The notes under the pieces are model-generated. The model was not told the origin of the DNA and searched no databases. It saw only the letters and a list, made by a program, of their open reading frames with translations. A stretch of DNA of 59,955 bases, filler included. It is 6 parts of 6 records of this genome, joined end to end, with 100 filler letters (N's around TTAATTAATTAA, not from the genome) between each part and the next. Parts side by side here need not be neighbours in the genome. Positions count along the whole stretch, not along the records: positions 16,197 to 31,716 come from SRR20825019_654; positions 31,817 to 38,856 come from SRR20825019_667; 4 more parts are not named here. One strand, given 5' to 3'. Both the position numbers and the translations under genes were made by a program. How positions within the stretch are numbered: position 1 is the stretch's first letter; each line of letters starts with the position of its first letter. Shown here one piece after another: positions 27,073 through 35,883 of the stretch.

Positions 27073-27945
27073 ATGCGTTTAGCCCGTTTGCTGTTTAATG
27101 ATGCCCAGGTTCTCGCGCTGGTAGAAGGCACCAACTTCCTGCCCGTCTCCCACATTCTGCCTGACGCTCCTCAGGATATAGGCACCCTGATTGCCGAATA
27201 TGAATGGGCCAAGCTTGAACAAGGCGCTAAGGCCTCGACCACATGGCAACCGCTCGGCCAAACCTCTTTCCTGCCACCAATCGACCGTACAAGTCGCATT
27301 TTCTGTGTTGGTAAAAATTATGCCGACCACGCGCGTGAGATGGGCATGACAACGCCAGGTGGGCCAGCCGCACCCGATATCTTTGTACGCTTTCCGCAAA
27401 GCTTTGTTGGCCATGGCGGGACAATCGAGTTTCCGGAAAGCGAATCGACCTTCGATTATGAAGGCGAGCTAGCTGTGGTTATCGGGAAAGCCGGGCGCGC
27501 CATCACGCACGGAGATGCTGGGTTACACGTTTTCGGCGTCACAACCGCGAACGATGGGTCGCTTCGACGCTTGCAAAAACGCACCAGCCAATTCACGCTG
27601 GGCAAGAACTTCGACCGCTCCGGCGCTATTGGTCCGACGATTACACCGCTTGAGCAGTTGCCCACACCGCTTCACCTCAGCCTCATCACGCGCGTGAACG
27701 GGCATGAGAAGCAAAGCGGCAATACCGCCGACATGATCTTTGATATTGAGACCGCCATCGCCACCATCAGCGCCATGACAGCGCTTCAGCCCGGCGACAT
27801 TATCCTCACCGGCACACCCGCAGGTGTGGGTGCCGGACGTACCCCACCCGAATTTCTGAAGAGCGGTGACACAGTTGAAATTGAAATCGAAGGCCTCGAG
27901 TCGCTACACGTTCAGGTCATATCAACCAGTATTGTGCCGCAGTAG
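27073..27945 (+). CDS. Fumarylacetoacetate hydrolase family protein
   Basis: CVGKNYADH, DYEGELAVVIG, GKNFD, PGDIILTGTPAGVG. Confidence 0.94.
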   Translation: MRLARLLFNDAQVLALVEGTNFLPVSHILPDAPQDIGTLIAEYEWAKLEQGAKASTTWQPLGQTSFLPPIDRTSRIFCVGKNYADHAREMGMTTPGGPAAPDIFVRFPQSFVGHGGTIEFPESESTFDYEGELAVVIGKAGRAITHGDAGLHVFGVTTANDGSLRRLQKRTSQFTLGKNFDRSGAIGPTITPLEQLPTPLHLSLITRVNGHEKQSGNTADMIFDIETAIATISAMTALQPGDIILTGTPAGVGAGRTPPEFLKSGDTVEIEIEGLESLHVQVISTSIVPQ

Positions 27946-28098
27946 GCCAAAAATAGGCCCCAGGGCCCGCCCAAATAACGCCTCACTTTTAGCCAAGCAT
28001 TAACTCGTTCTTTAGAACTGCGAGCTAGGATATTTGCAGTCATGAATCACCTGTTCATGGGGAATTCACAGGATCTCATGGCAGCTCGCTAGGTAACG

Positions 28099-28308
28099 TT
28101 GAGGTGTATGAGTATGAGTCCGATGTCAGCAAGTTCAGCCGCAGTGCCAACGGCGGATTTCGAAGATAGCAATATTTCCGAAGACTGTCGTGCACTCGCT
28201 CGTCGTCTTTCAGGCCACATGGGTCTGGAGCATGCGTTACAAATCAGTAACGAGAATCAGTGGCACGGTGTCGTAGCGGCACTTCGGGAAATGCAGCGAA
28301 AAAAATAA
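28099..28308 (+). CDS. Small hypothetical protein
   Basis: 69-aa ORF (start may be ATG 28108); helical C-terminus ENQWHGVV. Confidence 0.55.
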   Translation: MRCMSMSPMSASSAAVPTADFEDSNISEDCRALARRLSGHMGLEHALQISNENQWHGVVAALREMQRKK

Positions 28309-28949
28309 CGCACTCGCCCAATCGAATCTAAACTAAGGTTTATTTCGAAACTTTTACATTCTGCTGGATGTAATTCACAACCCTTGCTGGCGATGCACTT
28401 CTAAACGTTTGACTTTTTTCAGTAAAAGTTATATTATCACATATACAAAACTGTCATCATTTCCCATACCGAAAGCAGTAAAATTATATGTTGACCCCCC
28501 TTCAAAGACGAAAAGTGAAATTTTTGCTTGGAATCACAGAAGATTCTTGGATGATAGGCACCGAGCCGGACCGCTCATCTCATTCTGGGGTCGAGGTACG
28601 AAAGTGCACCAATCACGGAACCAATGATAAAAAATCGTCCTCCCACCTCCCCGAGGAGGGACAAGTGATGGCGAGATACAAAAGAGATAACGCGGAATTA
28701 ATCCGTGAGGTGGTCGGCACAATTGGGAGAGGTACGGGAAAGCCTTTTGAAACAACATTTGGTCAGACCGAACGATTTCGTTTCGGGTTCTGTCGTATGT
28801 TGGCTTGCTCCCAATTTTATAGGGTAAAGATTTTGAGGCCTGCGGATAAACCATCCAAAGGCACATCATCTTTGCAAGGTTTAATCCGCTGCAGGATTTT
28901 CTCTCCGGAGAGTTTTTTGCGGCTTTGTTAAAACCCATGTGGGCAGAAA

Positions 28950-29726
28950 ATGGATAAGGCTAAAGTGAAACGGATAGCTGTCTCGACGGCTGCGGTTGCC
29001 TCGGTCCTTCTCGGCGCAACTCTTGCCAACGCACAAGATGCACGCCTGAAGTCGATCGTAGAAGAGGTCAACCAGGCCAATCAAATCGCACAGGAATCTC
29101 AGCAAAGCATTGATAAAACTGCTGATGCCACTTCCAAACTTTTTGGTGAATATAGAACGGTGCTTAAAACCAACGCGGGCCTGGAGGCATACAATGCCCA
29201 ACAGCGCCGCGTGATCACCAAACAGATAGAAGAGATCGAGAAGATCAAGAACTCAATCGGTCAGATCGACGAAATTAAACGTCAGATCACACCGTTGATG
29301 CTTGATATGATCTCGAACCTCGAAGAGTTCGTCAACGCAGACGTGCCTTTCCAAAAAGAGGAGCGTCTCGCTCGCATCGATTCTCTACGTGATGCAATGG
29401 ACGATCCTAACGTAAGCGACCCAGAACGCTTCCGTGTTGTGCTTGAGGCTTACAAAGCTGAGACACAGTACGGTCGTACTGTTAACGCCTATGAAGCCGT
29501 TCTTGACGACGGCCGCAGCGTTAACTTCGCGCGTATTGGTCGTGTTGGTTTCTACTATCAAACCAAAGACGGCAAAGAGAGCGCAGCTTGGGACAAGACA
29601 ACCGGCAGCTGGAAACAGCTTGATGCGGAATTTGCTACCCCGGTGAAACAAATGATCCGGATGGCACGCCGCCAGGTTCCTTATGACCTCGTCGTTCTTC
29701 CGATCCAGGCGCCGAAAGGTAAGTAA
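28950..29726 (+). CDS. DUF3450 periplasmic coiled-coil protein (TtpB-like)
   Basis: Signal peptide, PLM..M, DVPFQKEER, ERFRVVLEAY..E..YG, RIGRV; first gene of TonB2-type operon. Confidence 0.85.
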   Translation: MDKAKVKRIAVSTAAVASVLLGATLANAQDARLKSIVEEVNQANQIAQESQQSIDKTADATSKLFGEYRTVLKTNAGLEAYNAQQRRVITKQIEEIEKIKNSIGQIDEIKRQITPLMLDMISNLEEFVNADVPFQKEERLARIDSLRDAMDDPNVSDPERFRVVLEAYKAETQYGRTVNAYEAVLDDGRSVNFARIGRVGFYYQTKDGKESAAWDKTTGSWKQLDAEFATPVKQMIRMARRQVPYDLVVLPIQAPKGK

Positions 29727-29728
29727 TA

Positions 29729-31093
29729 ATGAAAAAGATTCTGACATCTGCTGCTGTCCTGGTCTTTGGTGCAACTGTTGCCGTCCAGGCCCAAACCGCT
29801 GATCTCGGTTCCCTTCTCAACAAAGTACGTGAAGGTAGTGTAACCGAATCCGCAGAACATAAACGCCGCGAAGCTGAGTTCCAGGCACGCAAAGACCAAC
29901 AGCAAACGCTGCTGGCCGATGCACGCCGTGAACAAGAGCGCCTAGAGCGCGAATCAGCGCGTCTCGAAGAGACACGCCGCACAAACGAAGAAGAAATTGC
30001 TCGTCAGCTCGAGATCCAGCGCGACCGTCTTGGTCAGCTGCAAGAGCTGTTCGGTGTTCTTCAGCAAGCTGCTGGTGACGCGAAAGCTGTTATCAAAGGC
30101 TCGCACGTTACTATCGACAACCCAGACCGTATGGCTGAGATCGACAATCTCGTTGCTAAAGCTGCTGACAGTGCTGAACTGCCAACACTTGACGAAATTC
30201 GTTCCTGGCCTGCGCAAATGATCCTCGAGTCTATCGGTTCAGGTGAAGTTGTTACGTTCGACCACGAAGTTCGTATGGTTGACGGTACAACGGAAGTTAT
30301 TCGGCTGACCCGCGTTGGTGACTTTGCTCTGATGAGCGGCGAAAAATTCTTCATTCTGAAGGACGACGGTTCCGTTGAAGAACTGCAACGTCAGCCTTCA
30401 GGCCGCTTCACTGACACGGTTTCTTCCTTCACTTCAGCTAACTCCGGTATGCCGGGCGTTGCGCTTGACCCAACACGTGGTCAGCTCCTGAACCTGGAAG
30501 TTGAAAAACCAACTCTTGAAGAGCGTATCGCTCAGGGTAAAGAAATTGGTTACATCACACTTGCACTTGGTGCGGTTGGTGTTCTGATGGCAATTGCCCA
30601 GTGGCTGTACCTCATGGTCGTTAAAGGCAAGGTTCGCCGGCAGATCCAGTCTGACACCGTCAGCACTGACAACCCGCTGGGCCGTGTTCTCGCTGTTTAC
30701 GACAACAACAGAAACGTTGATGTTGAAACACTTGAGCTCAAGCTTGACGAAGCCATCCTGAAGGAAACGCCCGCCCTTGAGCGCTTCCTTGTCTTGATCA
30801 AACTGATCTCCGCTGTAGCTCCACTGTTCGGTCTTCTTGGTACTGTGACCGGTATGATCGAAACCTTCCAGGCTATCACCCTCTTCGGTGCTGGTGACCC
30901 GACCATGATGGCATCCGGTATTTCCGCTGCCCTTATGACGACGGTTGAAGGTCTCGTTGTTGCTATCCCGACTCTGCTGCTGCATGCCTTTGTTGCCGGT
31001 GCTTCCAAGTCCGTGATCCACGTACTTGAAGAGCAATCCGCTGGTATCATTGCTGTACACGCAGAGAAGGAGCATGCGAATGCTAGCGCTTAA
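29729..31093 (+). CDS. Long MotA/TolQ/ExbB-family protein (TtpC-like)
   Basis: Periplasmic coiled coil + LDPTRG + APLFGLLGTVTGMIETF...GISAALMTT. Confidence 0.88.
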   Translation: MKKILTSAAVLVFGATVAVQAQTADLGSLLNKVREGSVTESAEHKRREAEFQARKDQQQTLLADARREQERLERESARLEETRRTNEEEIARQLEIQRDRLGQLQELFGVLQQAAGDAKAVIKGSHVTIDNPDRMAEIDNLVAKAADSAELPTLDEIRSWPAQMILESIGSGEVVTFDHEVRMVDGTTEVIRLTRVGDFALMSGEKFFILKDDGSVEELQRQPSGRFTDTVSSFTSANSGMPGVALDPTRGQLLNLEVEKPTLEERIAQGKEIGYITLALGAVGVLMAIAQWLYLMVVKGKVRRQIQSDTVSTDNPLGRVLAVYDNNRNVDVETLELKLDEAILKETPALERFLVLIKLISAVAPLFGLLGTVTGMIETFQAITLFGAGDPTMMASGISAALMTTVEGLVVAIPTLLLHAFVAGASKSVIHVLEEQSAGIIAVHAEKEHANASA

Positions 31094-31607
31094 CGAAGCA
31101 TTCGACGCGATCCGTGCGTTCATGGAGAGGGGCGGCGACGTCCTTCTCATGATCCTCGCGGTCACGTTCATCATGTGGGTGTTAATCGTTGAGCGTCTCT
31201 GGTACTTCGCGCTGGAGTACAAAAAGCAGAAGAATCGTGTTGTTGACGCATGGGAATCCCGTGCCGAGCGGCGGTCCTGGTATGCGCATAAAATCCGCAT
31301 CGCCATGATCTCTGAGGTCCACCACAACCTGAATCAGGGTGTGGGTATGATCAAAACGCTCGTGGCCCTCTGCCCCCTTATCGGGCTGATGGGTACAGTG
31401 ACAGGCATGATTGAGGTTTTCGATGTCATGGGTTCGCAGGGGACGTCAAACGCCCGTGCCATGGCAGCAGGTGTATCAAAAGCAACAATCCCGACAATGG
31501 CGGGCATGGTTGCTGCGCTCTCGGGCGTGTTCTTGAGCACCTATATCGAACGCCGTGCTAAGCGCGAATCAGAGCGTCTCGAAGATAGCCTGACGACTGA
31601 TCACTAG
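31080..31607 (+). CDS. exbB: ExbB proton channel (short form)
   Basis: CPLIGLMGTVTGMIEVF...MAAGVSKATIPTMAGM. Confidence 0.88.
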   Translation: MLALNEAFDAIRAFMERGGDVLLMILAVTFIMWVLIVERLWYFALEYKKQKNRVVDAWESRAERRSWYAHKIRIAMISEVHHNLNQGVGMIKTLVALCPLIGLMGTVTGMIEVFDVMGSQGTSNARAMAAGVSKATIPTMAGMVAALSGVFLSTYIERRAKRESERLEDSLTTDH

Positions 31608-31629
31608 ACCAGGAACTGGAGTTTAACCA

Positions 31630-31716
31630 ATGCGTAAATTCGCAAAGGCAGAAGAAGAAGCAGAAGTCAACATGACCCCGATGCTGGACATCGTGTTCAT
31701 CATGCTGATCTTCTTC
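31630..31716 (+). CDS. exbD: ExbD, 5' fragment truncated at contig end
   Basis: MRKFAKAEEEAEVNMTPMLDIVFIMLIFF. Confidence 0.9.
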
Positions 31717-31816
31717 NNNNNNNNNNNNNNNNNNNNNNNNNNNNNNNNNNNNNNNNNNNNTTAATTAATTAANNNNNNNNNNNNNNNNNNNNNNNNNNNN
31801 NNNNNNNNNNNNNNNN
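31717..31816. other. Artificial contig spacer
   Basis: N-run with TTAATTAATTAA. Confidence 0.99.
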
Positions 31817-32288
31817 CAAGGGATTTATGGAAAAGGTCCATATCCTTTACGTGCCGACACCGGGTGAAAATGGGTTGATTACGGCCCTTTATGCCCTTGG
31901 TGCCAAGCAGTTCGAACATTTCCCGACCATAGATGACGCCATCACCAAACTGGGTGAATGGCTGTCCGATGCCAAAATGGGCAGCCAGCTTTACCTTGCC
32001 GGGACAGAAGGCCTGATTGGCAAGGCGGTTGCCAAGGGCGAAGAATGCGGTTTGGACCATAGTGCCGTTCACTGTGAACATCGCGGCAGTCTTGCCCGGC
32101 GGGTTCAATGCGTTCATTGCAAAACCATGATCGAAAACGTCACAACCCAGCCGGCCAAATGTCCGTCTTGTGATTTGCTATTGTTGGTGCGCGATCACTA
32201 TTCCCGCCGACTGGCCGCCTTTCAGGGGGTGTGCATCAATGCCGAAGACCGCTCCGAGACGGTCAAGATCAGGGAGGTGTTCAAATGA
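31817..32288 (+). CDS. dmmA: Dimethylamine monooxygenase subunit DmmA (probably 5' partial)
   Basis: LYLAGTEGLIG, GSLARRVQCVHC...CPSC.LLLVRDHYSRRLAAFQGVCINAE; upstream of dmmB/dmmC. Confidence 0.85.
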
Positions 32289-33250
32289 GTGCGTCCGATC
32301 ATTTGATCCCGGTGGTTGTCAGCAAGGTTGTTGACGTCAATTCAATCATCAAGCGGTTTGAATTCAGCCATATCAACGGCGATATCTTGCCGGCCTTTTC
32401 CGGCGGGGCGCATATCGTGGTTGAAATGCTGGACGGTCCGACCAAGCGCAAAAATGCTTATTCGTTGATGAGCTCACCGTTTGAACGCGGGCAATATGCC
32501 ATTTCCGTCCGCCGTGATGATGACGGGCGCGGTGGATCGAAATTCATGCATGAAAAGGTCAAAACGGGAATGGAGATGAAAATCTCAAGCCCGGTTAACC
32601 TTTTTGCCCTCGATCTGCGGGCCAGGAAGCACCTGATGATCGCAGGTGGCATCGGTATCACGCCGTTTATCGCCCAGATGACGCAGGCGCGTGAATTGGG
32701 GATGGCGTTTGAATTGCACTATACGGCCCGTTCTGCATCGCAAGCGGCCTATATGGACAGCCTCAAAGACCAATTCGGCGATGTCGTGAATTGTTGCTGC
32801 GACGATGTTGGCGACAAGCTGGATCTAAAAGCGCTGTTATCTGATCAGCCGCTTGGTACGCATGTCTATGTGTGTGGACCCAAAGGCATGATCGAAGCGG
32901 TGGTTCAGGCCGCAACCAGTCTTGGCTGGCCCGCAGCGCACATTCATTTCGAACATTTCCTTTCCCCGCCGATGGGCAAGGCATTTTCGGTTCATTTGGC
33001 CAAAGCCGGGATCGATATTGATGTCGGGCCGGAGCAAAGCCTGCTTGAAGCAATCGAGGCTTCCGGGACGCCGGTGAACTGCCTGTGTCGTTCCGGCGCC
33101 TGCGGGCAGTGTGAGACCCAAGTTATCGCCTGTGACGGGGACATTGCCCACAATGATCACTGGCTAGAAGGTGATCAGCGTGCGTCCAAGAAATTCATCA
33201 TGCCCTGCGTGTCGCGCTTTAGCGGCAAGCGGCTTGAACTTGATCTGTAA
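32285..33250 (+). CDS. dmmB: PDR/VanB-family reductase, DmmB
   Basis: NAYSLMS, GRGGS, AGGIGITPF, YVCGP, 2Fe-2S CRSGACGQC...PCVSR. Confidence 0.87.
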   Translation: MSASDHLIPVVVSKVVDVNSIIKRFEFSHINGDILPAFSGGAHIVVEMLDGPTKRKNAYSLMSSPFERGQYAISVRRDDDGRGGSKFMHEKVKTGMEMKISSPVNLFALDLRARKHLMIAGGIGITPFIAQMTQARELGMAFELHYTARSASQAAYMDSLKDQFGDVVNCCCDDVGDKLDLKALLSDQPLGTHVYVCGPKGMIEAVVQAATSLGWPAAHIHFEHFLSPPMGKAFSVHLAKAGIDIDVGPEQSLLEAIEASGTPVNCLCRSGACGQCETQVIACDGDIAHNDHWLEGDQRASKKFIMPCVSRFSGKRLELDL

Positions 33251-33264
33251 GGGAGGATGGAAAC

Positions 33265-34305
33265 ATGACCATTCAGTTTAGAAACGAGACCTTCCGCAAC
33301 GATTTCACCTATGCCAACAGTCCGGGAAATATCCCGCGTTTTCCGTTCCCGTTTCCCGAAGACACATACATGTATTCGACCAATGTGGAGCCGCATCACG
33401 CAACACGGGTCGGAAGCCCGTTTGAACATGCCTTTGATGTGGACGAACATTACGTCGCGGAAATGAAGGATCGCGCTCTTGTGCTGGCCGATGATCCGGG
33501 CCGGTGTCAGGCCTTGCCGCATATGGAAACCGCCGGATGGGATTTTCTTGAACTGGTGATGGTGTCCAAGGCGCGCGACTATCCCGATCTGTTCGAACTG
33601 ACCATGGATGGGGATCGTTGGCGCTGGATCAACAAGCCGCTTCAGATCGACGATACATTTACCTTTGGCGATACATCGACATTGCCGTGCCATCCGATGG
33701 AATATATCGGCCGTCAGGTACAGGGCGATCATGCCATTTTGGATCAGCGCGATGGCAACCTTTGGCTTGATGCCGGGATTATTACCGCACAGGCCGACTG
33801 GTCGCTTGATTTTGATATCGGCATGAACTTTTTCGAATGGCATGCGCCGGTTCCGCTTGCCCATGAACTGGGTGTGTTTCAGCGGGCCTTGAAGTACCTG
33901 CTATCCTTGCCGCAAGGGCAACCGTCACGGCGCTTGAACTGGACGCTGACGGTCAATCCGCGTCTGGATACCAGCCCGGAAAACTATCCCAAATGGGGTC
34001 CGGACAGGTTGACAGTAACGCCCGATAATATCGGCGAAAAGATCCATCTGCGGGTGGAACTTCAGACCTTTTGGCGTCTGCCGCGCTCCAACGCGATCCT
34101 GTTTCCGATCCGGACATATTTGATGGCGATGAACGAAGTCGTCACCCAGCCGAAATGGGGCCGTCGCCTGCATCGTGTGATGCGCGATTTGCGCCCGGAA
34201 CTTGTCGAATACAAGGGGTTGTCACGCTACCACCCGATGCTGGTCGCGTGGCTTGCGCAATTTGACGACGGTGCGCCGACGTCACCGGGGATTTTCCCCG
34301 ACTGA
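33265..34305 (+). CDS. dmmC: Heme-dependent oxidative N-demethylase alpha subunit (DUF3445), DmmC
   Basis: [41 protein letters not shown]. Confidence 0.9.
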   Translation: MTIQFRNETFRNDFTYANSPGNIPRFPFPFPEDTYMYSTNVEPHHATRVGSPFEHAFDVDEHYVAEMKDRALVLADDPGRCQALPHMETAGWDFLELVMVSKARDYPDLFELTMDGDRWRWINKPLQIDDTFTFGDTSTLPCHPMEYIGRQVQGDHAILDQRDGNLWLDAGIITAQADWSLDFDIGMNFFEWHAPVPLAHELGVFQRALKYLLSLPQGQPSRRLNWTLTVNPRLDTSPENYPKWGPDRLTVTPDNIGEKIHLRVELQTFWRLPRSNAILFPIRTYLMAMNEVVTQPKWGRRLHRVMRDLRPELVEYKGLSRYHPMLVAWLAQFDDGAPTSPGIFPD

Positions 34306-34375
34306 TCAACCGTCTTGCATGGAAAAAACGCTCGGCGGACACGACCAAAAAAGGTTTATCAGGGGATATAAGGCT

Positions 34376-35740
34376 ATGACACTTCGCGTTGCTATCATTG
34401 GGGCAGGCCCGTCGGGCATGGCACAAATGCGTGCCTTTCAGTCCGCAGCTGCCAAGGGGGCGGAAATCCCCGAAATCGTTTGTTTCGAGCGGCAGGACGA
34501 CTGGGGCGGATTGTGGAATTACACATGGCGCACCGGGCTTGATGAATATGGCGAGCCGATCCATGGATCGATGTATCGCTATCTGTGGTCAAACGGGCCA
34601 AAGGAATGTCTGGAATTCGCCGATTACTCGTTCGAGGAACATTTCGGCAAGCCCATCGCATCCTATCCGCCGCGTGCGGTGATCTGGGATTACATCAAGG
34701 GCCGGGTCGAAAAGGCCGATGTTCGATCATGGGTGCGGTTTAGAACACCTGTGCGCAGCGTTGAATTTGATCAAGCCACGGACAGTTTCGCCGTGACCTC
34801 GCATGATCTTAAAAACGATGTGATTACATCAGAAGAATTCGATTACGTCATTGTCGCCAATGGGCATTTTTCGACCCCGAATGTGCCGGAATTTCCGGGG
34901 TTTGAAACCTTTGGTGGGCGGGTTCTTCATGCCCATGATTTCCGCGATGCACTGGAATTCAAAGATAAGGATATCTTGCTGATCGGGACATCCTATTCGG
35001 CCGAAGATATTGGATCGCAATGCTATAAATATGGCTGCAAGTCCGTCACGGTCAGTCACCGCACCAACCCGATTGGGTTTGATTGGCCTGATAACTGGGC
35101 GGAAGTACCGCTTCTGGAAAAGGTCGAGGGCAATACGGCCTATTTCAAAGATGGCTCAAGCCGTGACGTTGATGCGATCATTCTCTGCACCGGCTATCAA
35201 CACCACTTCCCGTTCCTGACCGATGATCTGCGTTTGAAAACCGCTAACCGTTTGTGGCCGCTTGGACTTTATAAGGGGGTGGTTTGGGATGAGAACCCCA
35301 AGCTTTTATATCTTGGCATGCAGGATCAGTTTTATACCTTCAACATGTTTGATGCCCAGGCGTGGTATGCGCGCGACGTGGTGATGGGGCGGATTGCGAT
35401 CCCGGACAAAGATGAAATGAAGGCTGATAGTCAGGCATGGCGGGACCGTGAAGAAGCGCTAAAAGACGATCATGACATGATCTGGTTCCAGGGCGATTAT
35501 ACAGCCCATCTCATTGAAATGACGGACTATCCGATGTTTGATATCGAAGGGGTGAACAAGACGTTCGAGGAATGGGAACATGACAAGGCGCATGACATTA
35601 TGGGCTATCGCAACAAGTCCTACCGGTCGCTTATGACCGGCAATATGTCGCCCGCCCATCACACACCTTGGCTTGAAGAACTTGATGACAGTCTGGAAGC
35701 TTATTTGCAAACCGGATTAAACACCAGTGCTGCAGAATAG
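34376..35740 (+). CDS. tmm: Trimethylamine monooxygenase (bacterial FMO)
   Basis: [52 protein letters not shown]. Confidence 0.93.
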   Translation: MTLRVAIIGAGPSGMAQMRAFQSAAAKGAEIPEIVCFERQDDWGGLWNYTWRTGLDEYGEPIHGSMYRYLWSNGPKECLEFADYSFEEHFGKPIASYPPRAVIWDYIKGRVEKADVRSWVRFRTPVRSVEFDQATDSFAVTSHDLKNDVITSEEFDYVIVANGHFSTPNVPEFPGFETFGGRVLHAHDFRDALEFKDKDILLIGTSYSAEDIGSQCYKYGCKSVTVSHRTNPIGFDWPDNWAEVPLLEKVEGNTAYFKDGSSRDVDAIILCTGYQHHFPFLTDDLRLKTANRLWPLGLYKGVVWDENPKLLYLGMQDQFYTFNMFDAQAWYARDVVMGRIAIPDKDEMKADSQAWRDREEALKDDHDMIWFQGDYTAHLIEMTDYPMFDIEGVNKTFEEWEHDKAHDIMGYRNKSYRSLMTGNMSPAHHTPWLEELDDSLEAYLQTGLNTSAAE

Positions 35741-35804
35741 GGCTTATTATTCAAAATTAGTGAATAATCACACAGCCCTTCCACAGCAAAACGACCACCC
35801 AGCT

Positions 35805-35835
35805 AATCCCGCGCATTTTGCGCGGGATTCTTTTT
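35805..35835 (+). terminator. Intrinsic terminator between convergent tmm and tdm
   Basis: AATCCCGCGCA-TTT-TGCGCGGGATTCTTTTT. Confidence 0.8.
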
Positions 35836-35883
35836 GTATGAGGATTGCGTTTTGGGGATGTTTTTCCGGATCGAAAGCGGCGA

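Noticed and set aside
28000..28014. TTAA-N7-TTTA near-CtrA box upstream of the small ORF at 28099
   Set aside because: One mismatch and a single site; too weak to support without comparative data
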